Below the pieces are notes generated by a model. That model was not told the DNA's origin. It saw nothing but the letters and a program-made list of their open reading frames with translations, and made no database searches. A stretch of 49,825 nucleotides of DNA from Catajapyx aquilonaris (taxonomy: Eukaryota). Shown here in pieces: positions 37,944 through 49,825 of the stretch. How positions within the stretch are numbered: position 1 is the first letter of the stretch; every line of letters starts with the position of its first letter. The position numbers and the translations under genes are program-made. The stretch lies in NCBI GenBank assembly GCA_000934665.2, contig KZ538748.1, positions 1 to 49,825 on the forward strand, given 5' to 3'.

Positions 37944-38198
37944 TTATAACGCATACACACTTTTCATACAAAACCGGTAAACAATCGATACCAAAATTTG
38001 TACCGCCAGCCAGATCAACGTGCCGGTGCAAAGTGGTGCCTGTGAGATGGAAAAACTGGCTTGTGTGATGTTGAGTACCACAGTTCCTTCGTCGATTCCT
38101 TTCGAGTTCTTGACCAAAAACATGTACTCTCCGGCGTCGTCGGCTTGCAGGTCCAAAATGGTCAGCACAGCAAAGTGGCAATCCGGGGATTCCGCAGC
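37944..38198 (-). CDS. Ig-superfamily cell-surface protein (fasciclin-3-like), terminal exon: end of Ig domain plus hydrophobic C-terminal anchor
   Basis: Acceptor gttttgttctag|; AAESPDCHFAVLTILDLQADDAGEYMFLVKNSKGIDEGTVVLNIT...TLIWLAVQILVSIVYRFCMKSVYAL* has LTI...DAGEY..N..G Ig strands. AATAAA overlaps the stop. Confidence 0.9.
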   Translation of the reverse strand, partial: AAESPDCHFAVLTILDLQADDAGEYMFLVKNSKGIDEGTVVLNITQASFSISQAPLCTGTLIWLAVQILVSIVYRFCMKSVYAL

Positions 38199-41100
38199 CT
38201 AGAACAAAACACAGAGTCAAAATGTACGCGGCAGTACCACAAAAACGCTAGTCTCCCTAGCCACCAGATGTATGCAGGTGTAAATGATTGCAGCAGCCCA
38301 AGTCCCTTTACAAAATTAAAAGCCACTGCCCTGCAGTTACACTCAACCCCTGCCGACGTCAGAAAAAAAAAACCCTCATACCATGCTTGTGACAGTACCA
38401 CCCCCATGTTTTTGCAACAATGGATCGGAACAAAAGTTTTTCACCTACATGAAAAATTTGAGAGCTGGAGGAAACGTTGTACCATTGCTGTGGCACATGT
38501 TACATGAAAAATGCAGGTCGAGCCTTTAGAGAGAGTAGTAAAAAAAAAACTAGGGGCTTGTGACAGGTGCAGGTTGGGCTCGGTAAGGCCCTGAGGACAT
38601 CGGATCATGTCGAAGAGAAGCTGAAATCCAGACTGTTCCTGGACAAAAACTGGCCTACCTGCAAAGGACGCGTCACTTTGAACAGGAGATTTCCTTTCGA
38701 AGACAAGGGGGGGGGTTCCAATCACCAAAAAGCTTCCAAATAGCATTTCCTCCCCGTCTCCGCCTATTAAAATCCCATTCTGGGGAATCCCAGGGACGAT
38801 GATACTGACGGTTACCCGTCAATGGGATTCTCTTCATTGGCCCTTCAGGTGGCAATAAGATCCAACGGAGCGCTCCTCACAAGGCCCCTGATTATTCTTC
38901 GCAGGTCGTCAAGCACCGAAAAATGGGGGTGTTGGAGAGATGGAATTTAACCCTTCCTCGCCCAAACTGGAATTTTCCGAGACGTTTCTGATGTCATATT
39001 AAGGAGGATAAATTGAAATGCTGGAGGTAGAACCTACTTGCCGATTTGGATCCTACCCACCTATCCTCCCCCTCTCTCGTCACCTCCAGGGGGAATTATT
39101 GATAGAATATAAATGCACGCTACTTTACATATGCCATTCTTCGCATGCACCTCTGCATAAAACACTGCCATACTCTAGCCCCGAAATACCCTCCTGCAGA
39201 TTGCACCACATTTTCAGAATATATTCACGAATTTTTAACCATTGTTCAATAATTACAATCACTTTCAGATATATTTACAAACATTTTTAAACAGTTTAAG
39301 ACTTTTCACGAACTTGTTAGTAATTGTGCAACATTTGTTAAAAATTGTTCAGCACTTGTTAAAAACATGAATATGTCATTATCAAAACCAGGCTCTCTGC
39401 TTCAGTACGAATCCTTCAGAAAACAGAGATTTCAGATTTAGTGAGTCTTTTCACGACCCAGGTGACATTGTCCAATGGGAGGTGGACCAATTGTGAAAAT
39501 GCTCCATGTATTGGAAATATAGGAATTTTGCTTGGAGTTGATGCCTGTAATCAGGAATTAACATACTTTAGACACCATGAAACAGTCTGGTTTTTTAAAT
39601 GACCTACTCATATTCAAGCATTTGAAAAAATAATTATATTAACGAATTTTAAAAATTCGCAAGTTTCAAATATCGTACCAGAATTCTTTTTAAAATGTAA
39701 GAATTTTTTGAAAATTCCGAAGTCGAGGCCTGTAATTACACGAATTTTATAAATAAAAATGAACTTGACACAAAATGTCTGCCTTTGCTACCTGAACCTT
39801 TAATGAACACGAGGCTGGCCCTACAACTTGTCCACGATTATGGGTGGGATGGAAACACAGTTAATGCAATAAGGGGGTTCTCCCAGGTGTGGCTTGTTCC
39901 ATTTCACGCCGATCAAACTCCGGTTCCGGGGACCTAGCCTTGCAAACCCATCCCAGTATTGTACTGTACTGTACATTTGCTCGTCTCGACAATTCGTAAT
40001 TTTATATCGCTAAAAATTGGGCTTGTTCCCAGGGACTTCATCCCAGCGGGGTTTACATCCGTTAAATGCGGACTGCCTGTGGAGAGCCAAATTTATGCTA
40101 ATTGCGTAAGGATACAGCGCGGCGTGAAATTCACAGGAATATGAATAATTGCCCCGTGCTTTTCCCCCTCCAGCTGGGAGACGGCTTGGCACACTCTACA
40201 TATTCAGATTGGATGACAAAGAGATCCAGTTTTGAGGGTACATGGAGCCACGTAATTCCAACGTCCAATGAAATTTTCCGGATCGGATATACAGTAATCA
40301 TCATTTCTGGTCCTGAAAACGTTGCTTGCTGCACCGGAAATGAACGATATAGTGGATGTTATTAGCCATTTATTGAAGGAAAAAAAGAGAGGGGCACAGA
40401 ATAGCCACCAAAAAACTGCACCCTAGCGATAAGAATGTAAAGTGAGCTAGCTTGGATTTTACGCGTGGAAGCAAAGTTTTTAATAAAATCTTAATAACTC
40501 TGGCGAAATGGGTTTTCGAAGTCGGGCGTTAAATTTTCTCTTCCGTTCTTTGGTGGTGCACAAAAAAAAATTCAATAAATAAAATTCATCCCGCTGCCCT
40601 CCAGGGAGCTCTTCTCCAGACTTACACATTTATTGCTCCAGTGTATTCTGGCTAAGGAACAAAATTATGCGGCCGCCAAACTTTTTTTTTCCTCTCTCTC
40701 TCTACATCTACCCCTCTGGTTATATAAAAATCTCGTTTCCTAGCTTCAGGAAAACCCAATAATTGCAGCCTTTGACGTTCCTTCGGGAAATGAAAATAAG
40801 CTGGAGCCTTGGAATCATTAATCTCATTACTGTGTCCGTTTCGGGAATTGCGATATTATTTCAGCTAGGTGATGATGAATTTCTGGTATGATGAATACGT
40901 AACCGGTACACGTGCATGTCACACATCCTAGCCAAAGCCACCCATTTCCATCTCCCAGGGCATGATGAGAGAGGGCCTGGAGAATGATGATGTGATGCGA
41001 GGAACAACTTGGGAACAGAACATCCCTCTTGTTAATTAGCAGGTCCCGGGTAAACTAGCCTGGCCAGAAAATTACTACACCGGCCAGTAAGTGATTACAA

Positions 41101-43923
41101 CACGCACTGGCAACAAAGCCAGGTAACGTTGACTTTAAGGAAAAGGTCTGCCTGAAGGGTGCTGTACTGTAACACTTGGTACCAACTTGGTGTGTATCTT
41201 TGACTTCTGAAAATTTGGCATCAAAGCTGCTAACTCTTGGCACTTAATTAACTCGCGTAAAATCTAAGGTCGTTTTATTTTGTCGTTAGATCCCAAAGGT
41301 ACACCAACATCAAAGCTTTTCGAAGGGGGGGGGGGGCCAAAGAGGGCTTTTTAGTACATAAAAAATGGCGGAGTTTGGAGTAAACTCTAGTGGTCCGATG
41401 CCTTTTGACGCACCTTACCCAGACTTTTTGATGCGTTGCATATGACGGAGAAAATTTTACCGGGAAAATGTTTTTCGGCAATCAGGCAAGATAAAAAAAA
41501 AAACCCCTTCGCTTCCCCGACTTCGCTTCATCCAATTAGGTAGCCTTCAAGACATTAATGAAATGCCAGTCCAGGAATGAAGCATGCCGCAAAGACTATA
41601 CTCATGAACTCAGGAATGACCCATTTTTGCCAGTTTCGAACAGTTGGAGAGCTGTAATGAAATTGCAATGGAATCCCGAGTCGTGAAATTAACCTTTATG
41701 AAATTCCGACAGGAGGCTAAAGGGGGACAAACCGTCATGCAAAACGAGGGCATTAAAATTTTACTACGTATAAGGTCCATTTGCTGCTCGGCCGGATATT
41801 GATGAGAGCAGGCGGCGGTGAGAGGTCGTGTCCTGTGTCGCCATCCTCAACTGCGGTCCGACATTAATGTCATCAAAATGCAGAAATCTTCTGCAGTCTA
41901 GGCACACACACAAAAAAAATGGCAAGTCTTTGTGTGAAATGGGGCAGAACCGGGGGGATCGGTGAGTTCAATTCCCGCTAAGGAAGTTTCTGAAGAGAGA
42001 CTTCACTCTTAGGAAGGCGGTAATCGACTTGTCCAATCTCTTCCCTTACTTTCCAAATGGCGACTGGGGACGTGAAGCCACCAACTTTACTCTTTCAGAT
42101 TTATCCGATCCCTATCCAGTTCATTCCAACCTGGTTATCGGGATCTTACGTTTCTACTATTAATCAGCCTCTGGCTTCCAGAGGGAGTAGGGGGGCAGGG
42201 GAGGCGGGGGTGGAGGGGTAGAATCCCAAAAATTTAATTACCCCAACCGGTGTTTCAATTCTTTCAGGCTGGCGGGAGGGCAATGTTTGCCTGCAAATAT
42301 CAGCGCTTGCATTATGTAGTCTGAACCTAGTGCCACTAATCATCATCTAAAGTGGTGCATGTGAGTTTAACAAGTATGCGCGTCAAAATCAGCTGGCCTA
42401 AAATAGTCATCCAACACTGGCCGACTTTTGAATAAAGAATATCGGCCTACTTATGCCAAGTCATCACTTGCCACCGTTCCAAGTGACTGGCCAACATCTG
42501 GTTTTAGCTGGAGCTGATTCTACTGCAGTGGAACAGTTGGGAGGAGGGGGAGCAGTTCCGGACTGGTGACATCCTAGTGTCATCTGCAAGCCTGTCTGTA
42601 ACCGCACACAAGTCCTTTCCATACCCATGTCTTTTCTGGATGCTGCTGGTTTTGTCTCCTTCTATGGAGGAATTCAATCCTCTGCATCGATTCGGCTCTG
42701 ATCTAATTAACGCTGAGACTTTTCATTCTGGCTGACTCTCGCCTTGCTCTATTTCCTCACCTTCCAAGGTGCGGCCCAAGGAAAGGACTTTATTGGAATT
42801 TATGGGAATGAGTAAACCGTGTTAGGCAATTTCACTTGCAAAACACCCTTGATTTAAGGGACTGCTCTCGAGGGAGGATTTTCCCAAATACTTGTTGCTG
42901 GACACACAGGCAGGGGGAGGGGGGGCGGCCCAACTTTTCATTAGCGTTCCCGGCTATAAATGGAAGTTGGTGATTGGTACATGAATAATTTTGTGAACTA
43001 CCAAAACCCCCCCTGGTTACATAATCTATATCTGCACCAGCATTTATAGCATGTTCAATATTGCAATATGGCTGACATTTGCACAGGTCCACCGGTCAGC
43101 TTGCCATCTTGGGGAGGCCTGTTGCAACAATATTCCCTCCTCCAATATGGAACAAAGCCAGCCACTCGTATTATTAGAGATACATAATCGATTAGGCAGC
43201 AGCTCCCATCGACTGGGCCAACAACATCCGCCAGCTTGCTTGCTGTAAACCCTTATCGTCATGCATGACAAGAACCCAAGACCGTTCCCAATCATTCTCG
43301 CCCAGAAAATCGTGGCGTGCAAACCAATTGAAGGCCGGCCTCTCCAAAAAATTATTGATTGTGTTTTGACATGACCTGAGGAGAAGAGGGGGTACGTCAT
43401 CTGGTCATGCATCAATCACTGCCAAAAGGGGGGGTTCGTCCCTGAAGATAAGAGAATAACGCAGTGGCGCTGGCGGGGCGAGAACAAACTTGTTAGTGGT
43501 CTCTTCTGCAGCTGGGGTCTCTGACTCCCCAGCCAACCACCAAATGCGGCACCATTTTCTAACTTAGGGCTCTCTCCAGGAGGCGGCAGTAATTTCCCCA
43601 CAAACACCCCGGAAAATGCTCGCATATTCGTTTCCGGCTAAAGAACGATGGGCTCCGGATTTTGCTCCCCGGTGTGCGGGGGCAGAAACCCCTGCCGGAA
43701 ACCCCAAGTGGATGTAACCAGATCACACGCAGCCACCAGGAAGAGATATCGGCTCAATAGACACATAGAAATGAATAGTAACTACCACCAGTTATATAAG
43801 AATCGTGAGCGTCAAGTCAACGGATTGGCTTCTCGCTTACGCTCACTAGCTACTAATTCCTGGAAGACTCTTCAGGCAGTGACTGCAGCTTTTCTGTACT
43901 GAGATGAGTGTACGTATTGCGTA

Positions 43924-43993
43924 TCTCCCGCCAGGAATCGAACCCGGGTCCACACCCATATGAGTGTTTGCTCTGCCATTGAGCTACGGGGGC
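43924..43993 (-). mobile_element. tRNA-derived SINE head or tRNA pseudogene in the Ig-gene intron
   Basis: GCCCCCG TA GCTC AATGGCA GAGC ... CCGGG TTCGATT CCTGG CGGGAGA: good D and T arms with A/B boxes, but 2 acceptor-stem mismatches and a non-canonical anticodon arm. Confidence 0.7.
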
Positions 43994-44176
43994 GTCTGCG
44001 TGTACACATCACCTCAGTCATCACTGCATCCCCCACAGCCAAAAAGAGGTTGTTCCCAGCCAGCTTTGGAACAACTAGCTGGGGCTATAGGATATGATTG
44101 GAGAGGCGGGAACGTGCCAGGCTTTTGGCAATCGAAAGCTAAGAAATGGGGTCCATCAGGGCCGTCGGGCACTCAC

Positions 44177-44352
44177 CGTCAAGTTGTGGGCGATGAAGCG
44201 GTCTACGACTTCCCCTGGTCGAAGCAGAATGGATTTGACGATCCAGATGGCATGCCGAGGGGGCGGATTGGCGCAGAATTCCACAGACAGAGACGAGGGT
44301 TTGCCGGCCATGGCCACCAGGGTTTTGTTCACTGGATACACCACAGGGCGTC
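44177..44352 (-). CDS. Ig-superfamily (fasciclin-3-like) exon, first half of the membrane-proximal Ig domain (RPVVYPVNKTLVAMAGKPSSLSVEFCANPPPRHAIWIVKSILLRPGEVVDRFIAHNLT)
   Basis: Acceptor tttgtttcag|, donor ACG|gtgagt, phase 1 in and 0 out, joins in frame to 38198; F-x-ANP-x-P...W Ig motif. Upstream exons not identified in the window. Confidence 0.88.
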
Positions 44353-45459
44353 CTGAAACAAAACGGCTCTTTAAAAAAATGTCACCTTTAGGATAGCGAC
44401 GTGTCGTGTGGTGCAGTCAGGATTCATGTCTTTGCAAACGAGCACAATGGAAACTTTCATTAAAACCTAACAAGATTCATAAATTTAAACAAAAAGGATC
44501 ATAAATTACCGTTTTTTTTGCGGGCTGGAATTTAATATTAGCCCGACACCACAAAAAGAGCCGGTCTAAGAAGGCGCGTAATAAACGTCTATCCTTTTTT
44601 TTAGAAGGGAAGGGTGTGTCACAGCACCCACAACTAATCGTCATTCTTTCAACAAAATCAACTCCTGGCGGTCCTTATTTTTGGGGGGAGACTCAGTGCT
44701 TGAAGGCTCAAAATGGAAACCAGGGTGGGAGCTAGCTGGTGGAACAGCAGATCTCGAACGTCATTACAAAGGCAATTAAACGTCTGCAAGTGGCGGCGGT
44801 CCTAGGTAGCTGGGAACCGGGAATCAAGGCTTTTACACTACAATTATATTCCCTCATCTGCGTTTCCGAAGCGACCAGCATATGCATGGGAGCCGAGGAC
44901 AGGAATCTCATTTCTGCGGGAGGCTGCCAACATAAAATATTTACAGGCCTGGAGGATTCTGCGGGAATCTAGGCTGTCACCAGCAAAGTCCTCCTCAGCA
45001 CCGATATTACTACCGCAGCTTGCGGAATTCAGCCTAAAACATGGCATATCAATATATCCCTTGCCCGAATTCCTTTTTTCGGCTCAAAATGAAACGGAAT
45101 TTATTTGCTGGCCGGGGCCTAAGTTTTTTTTTTTGTACCTCCTGCCCCACACTTTTGCCAAATTGAACCGTTCAAGGAAACGTGTCGTTGCATTCTGCAT
45201 GCAAATCAGTGGTTCTTAACCTTTCGCAACCTGTAGGTCGCTGGGCATGCTCCGGGAATGCAGAGCGAGCATGTGCATGGTAGGGGGTGTTATCGCGCGT
45301 TATTGCGCCTGTAATTTATGTCGTGCGCGAAACAAGAGAGGCTCTGTTGTTGCATACTAGATCAGGATAGAACAGCCTACAAAATTCCGCTTTGTGTAAC
45401 CAACTCGCTACTGTTCTATCTTGTCGATAATCCATGGGTAGTATTCATCCCAGTAATGA

Positions 45460-45610
45460 TTTAACCCAAATATGTCTGAATAATTTTTCATGAATAAATG
45501 AAGAACTAACACAATAACTAAGAATCTATCATGTATTATTATAGGACGCTAGGCATACCTACATCGCGATGTAGGTATGAGCGTCTGCATACAAGTGAAA
45601 CTTCTACTAC
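45460..45610. repeat. Diverged second copy of the interior of the 25631-26460 element (~26172-26400)
   Basis: ttaacccaaatatgtctgaataatttt...aactaacacaataactaagaatcta...cgctaggcatac versus ttaactcagatacgccagaataatttt...aactaacacaataactaaaaatcta...cgctaggcatac. Confidence 0.7.
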
Positions 45611-48600
45611 ATTATTGAATAATTGTTGGCGGCACCATCTGCGTGCAGTTGTGACTGCTGGCTGTGGAATCACATAAAACTCTCTATCAGCAGATGCCAA
45701 CTTGTCCGATGTCAGCGAGAACGCAGGTGGATTTGGAGTCCAGAAAGTGTCGTCAGGGCTTGCCTATATCTCCCCTACACGAAGCGACGCTGAAGGTCGT
45801 CGGTTTCTTGCCGATAAGTCAGGCACGTCAATTGGGAGGTCTCCTTCGCCGCCAATAAAGTGGGAAGGACCGACATTCTTCAACTTGTGAGACACCCAAG
45901 ACTCAGATACTTTGAAGTACCTGTCCTTTGGGGGGAAGGGAATTTGATCTGACAAGTGAGTGTAGGCACAAATTGTGGCAGGTAAAAGCTAGGTTCAATA
46001 ATTAGTGTCGTGACTTTCTTAGGGCTTGATGGGTGTGAAAGGAATGAGTTGAGCCGTCTAACTTTCAACTTTTCCAATATTGCCGAGGTTCCTTATGAAA
46101 TCGTCGTCATTGTTTCTCTTCAGATAGAGTTTAGTTCTTATTATTGGGCATATTTTACTTAATGAGAATATTTTATGTCCTTATATGCGCCTCACTTGCA
46201 GTTGAAGGGATATACACTCATCAATCGATGAAAGAAAATTAGTTACAACCTGTGCACGCGTAACTCAATTTGGCCCAGGAGAGGCCTAAACTATTATTGC
46301 ATGTGAGGGCCGATGTGCAGGGGAAAAATAAACTTGTTTGACAGTGAAAAGTTACATATCTGCGTATGGATTTTCATATATTGGCACGAAAGTGTGCTGT
46401 TCCTGTGGGAAGGGGGAATTGCCAAGGTGAATGTAAAGTCTGAATAACTTATAATACGCTACTGGTATGTGAGTCACCACTGAGTGGCACACTTGGTAGA
46501 GTGAAGCGTTCGGAAGTGGATAATGTAGTCGGGCGTTTCATTTTTCTTTTGTCATACAATATGTAACATTGTCGGGTTTCAAAAGGTTGTTCAGAAAGTG
46601 CAGTACATGTTAGCGACAGCTCTTAAAGAGGATATTGTGTTATGGGCTACTATCGGTGGAAAACAATATTGGGCCTTGACATTACTTTAACTATTAATGA
46701 TTAAAAAGATTATTTTATTTCCAGTATGACAATACATATCACCGTGTGTTTGCCCGGATTTTTTTGTAAACAAAAATCCCAAAAATTGCATGGTTTTTGA
46801 CCCGCTTTTCGACGGGAGAGTACTTTTGTCTCGTTCTAACTCGCGAAAAGTATGTCGCACATATTTAATATTTTATTCTGAGTAAAGCACATCAATATTC
46901 GCTTATGATAAGTGCACTCCCAGTTTTCTGATATTCAGTTTTTTGTTGCCTGAGTTGAGGGCAAAAAAATCCTTTGCGAAAAGGTAGTATGTAATATCTA
47001 ATAACATATTCATCGGTACTTTTTTTGGATGCAATAACCGGCGGCTATTGGTTTTTTCCATTTTGCTCATTGTATAGGACATGAAAAAATTTCGAATGGT
47101 AAATAGACCTTCTATACATGGAATTCATGTTGCCATCCAGAAGGCCCGGGTTCAATTCAGAGCGAATTTGCTATTATTATCAGTACTGGCTACTATGGCG
47201 ACTCCTATTGGCTCTTCTTTAAAAATCATTCAGTTCCTAGTTGGAAAAAAGTGAATGGGAATACGGCACGAGGAGATGGGCGACGAGAAGAGGTTCTAAA
47301 ATATTTTTGCTTCTTTTATGACGATTGGGTGAGATGAGCAGGCACTTATTTGTAAATGGGGAATTGATCGGGCATAGCTATAGAGCACCATCTAATCCTC
47401 TATCCACCTCCTTTCCGCTACACTCCATGAGTTCCTCCTCTGATGGCCCTCGTTTACCATATCACCACTTTATGTTTTCATCCATACATGAATATAAGTG
47501 CTGCTCAAAACTTCTTTCCAGTGTCAAAATCTCCGAGAAGTATAGGGTCCTAATGACATTAAAAAAACGAACTCGATATACACTGGCAGTGTCACCCACC
47601 GAAGACTATATATTTACCGATATTTACGGTTCCACTGAAATTAATGAATTATCCCCTAATGCGTGCCCCTATCCAGTACCTGTACGCTTGCAGAAAGTAC
47701 AGTATACGTTCCGGACAAATCCAGTACTTATCAGGTTCAAATTCATCGCGCCTATCACTAACACTAGAAGCATGCATTTGGCATATTTTCAATGCGAAGA
47801 GTCACTTTCAGTCTCCCCTTGAAGTGAGTATACTATCAAATTGAAACATTTTTGCACTCGCTTAATCTCCTGTTAACAAAAACTAATATTGCAATGTCCA
47901 ACATCATAAAGTAATTCTCAAAGTAACGTACAGGCACCGGTGGAATGCTGAAATCACTCTTCCACTTATGTATATTTTTCTAAGAGACTCTCAATCCCCT
48001 TAATGGGGAATATACCGTAGGTTTGAGCGGCATAACTACAAGAGAACTGTAACAAGGAAATATGATGACAAAATAATGTAATTCCCAAGAACAAAAGCGG
48101 TTTATCAGCTTTGTTAAAAGGAACATACTGGGACTGTAGTAGTAGCAAAAGCGGAAAATATTTCACGTGATCCCGACGGAATGTCAAAGTACATTTCCTT
48201 TTAAAGTTATTCACTATAGGCTGACACTAAATATGGACCACGAGTATTTGAATTATATACACTATAATAATCCACCTCCCAAACATTTGCCGACGACAGT
48301 TGTTAATGTTTGGTTTGGTTTCCCTCACCAATTTGTTTATTGGTGGTTCTCGCCATGTCCGCACTTGTGCTCCGCTTGTGCCAATTTGTTCCGGTTCCTA
48401 ATTATTCAGGATTGAGTATATATCCGCCGATACCTCCTCCGATACTGCATACCTATCAATCACCGAAACACATGGCTCATTCTAATGCAGAAGAACACGG
48501 GACAAGATGCTTCCATACATCATTCCTAATATTCGTAGTAAAAACTGTCGTGGGAAACCGCAATCCCAATAAGTGTTCTGGGGGAACAATATTTTAATGA

Positions 48601-49825
48601 TAATCAAATTAAAACCGACCTAATGGGGGTGTGGATGACCAAGATAATGTCATTCATCACCCTGCATTCACGGGAAACCTTTAGCTTAGGCATATAGGGT
48701 CGGTTGCACCAACAACCTTCCTGTCAGTTGTGCAGCCTGTTAATTATTTATTAGCCTCACTCTAGTCCAAAAAAATGCGTTTGACCAACCCTTTTTAAAC
48801 GGCGACTCTTGGTTAGGGAGCGGGGTTGTCGGATTTATTTTTCGTAATGGTGGTCGAAAATGGCAGTGTTACCACTGGAAAGGGGTTTCTGTTGGCTCGC
48901 TGATTCCTCCCTGGTAACCTTCTGATCCCCTGATCCCACCTGGTTACGGCTGCCGAATTTGACCGGTTAGTTAATTTGGCCCCAAGCACAACCTAACCTA
49001 TTGATAACGACTCTGTACCATGCTCCTTACCATTGTTGATAGCAGTAGGCCTATACATCATCAAAAAATCTGCCCACAAATTGATCTAGTTTCAACATAA
49101 CCATTCAAGAATTCTATACTACATGAAATCTGAAGCTACTGTGACAGGAGAGCCCTGTTCAGCAGTCACAGTGTGTATCTTAACTGAACAAACAAACTTC
49201 TCGGGTGAACGCTTGTCCCAGGATCATTTTATGTAAAGCTGAGAGTTGGTCTGAAACTGATATTGGCTTTGATCATGTAGGCCTACTGTACCGTGTCATA
49301 AAAGACTATATTCACAGAAAGACTATACGGTATAGCATTTTACTGTACATGCACGTATTTGCAATCAGGTTCCCGAGCACGTCCTGCAGACCAAAGCTAC
49401 TTGTACCCCGGTCAAAAGATGACCACAAGTACTGTAATTATTTTCCAGAAGCGAGCTAGCCGAAACCCCGCAGACAATGGCTCTCCGGTGTCTAATGAGA
49501 AGCATGGGAATAATTTAGGCCGTTGCTATGTCTGCATAAAAAATTTCGTCATTTCTCAAGTAGAGCAACAGCCCCGTGTTTACACTGGTTGCTTAGAGCA
49601 ACGTTTCCTGCTGAGGAAAAATCTAAGGAGAAAAAAAAGGGCCCTCCTTCTCATTTCCTGCCTCTTTCTTACTTGCTCATTAACTGCTACTTGTTATGAG
49701 TGCTTGGTTGATAGTAAATCATTCTGGGCGCCTCTTGCTGTTCCTGAAAGATTATTATGTGCGAGCAGAATTGGACCATCTTTCATGGCTTTTGGCTGTG
49801 CAGTATTACACGCCTGCTGGGGCCA

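Noticed and set aside
45207..45223. hAT-like terminus cagtggttcttaacctt
   Set aside because: No matching opposite end found.
46623..47223. Possible TTAA-flanked (Kolobok-like) element
   Set aside because: Terminal inverted match too short and degenerate to support.
48697..48712. Harbinger-like terminus gggtcggttgcaccaa
   Set aside because: Solo end; no partner TIR or TSD found.
49673..49743. Minus-strand segment with good acceptor and donor, candidate upstream Ig-gene exon
   Set aside because: Stop codons in all three frames; no Ig motif.

Overview
Eukaryotic, intron-rich genomic DNA, most likely arthropod (inferred from gene content and repeat types), from a gapped draft assembly. Most ORFs in the six-frame track are spurious; the real genes are short GT-AG exons assembled here by splice-phase matching. 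(1) + strand: 3' part of a PHLDB/LL5-family gene with a C-terminal PH domain (exons 1007-1106, 11045-11094, 11971-12087, candidate microexon 13665-13697, 14416-14676, 14886-15074). (2) - strand, convergent with it: a trypsin-like S1A serine protease (exons 23440-23351, 22786-22594, 21883-21615, 20187-20033, 16740-16585) with an intact His/Asp/Ser triad but an atypical DACA-ADSGGP active-site motif; its N-terminal exon was not found. (3) - strand: the last two exons of an Ig-superfamily, fasciclin-3-like cell-surface protein (44352-44177, 38198-37944). (4) Most unexpected: two diverged tandem-paralogous small ORFs (25026-24728 and 29043-28771) with homologous ~150-bp leaders, each encoding a hydrophobic N-terminus plus an acidic tail, upstream of or inside the protease gene. 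The rest is intron or intergenic DNA with several non-autonomous DNA transposons (two nested insertions, two long hairpins), two tRNA-derived SINE heads, a (TTA)n microsatellite and poly-G-associated gaps. No prokaryotic systems, CRISPR arrays, rRNA or intact transposases were seen.
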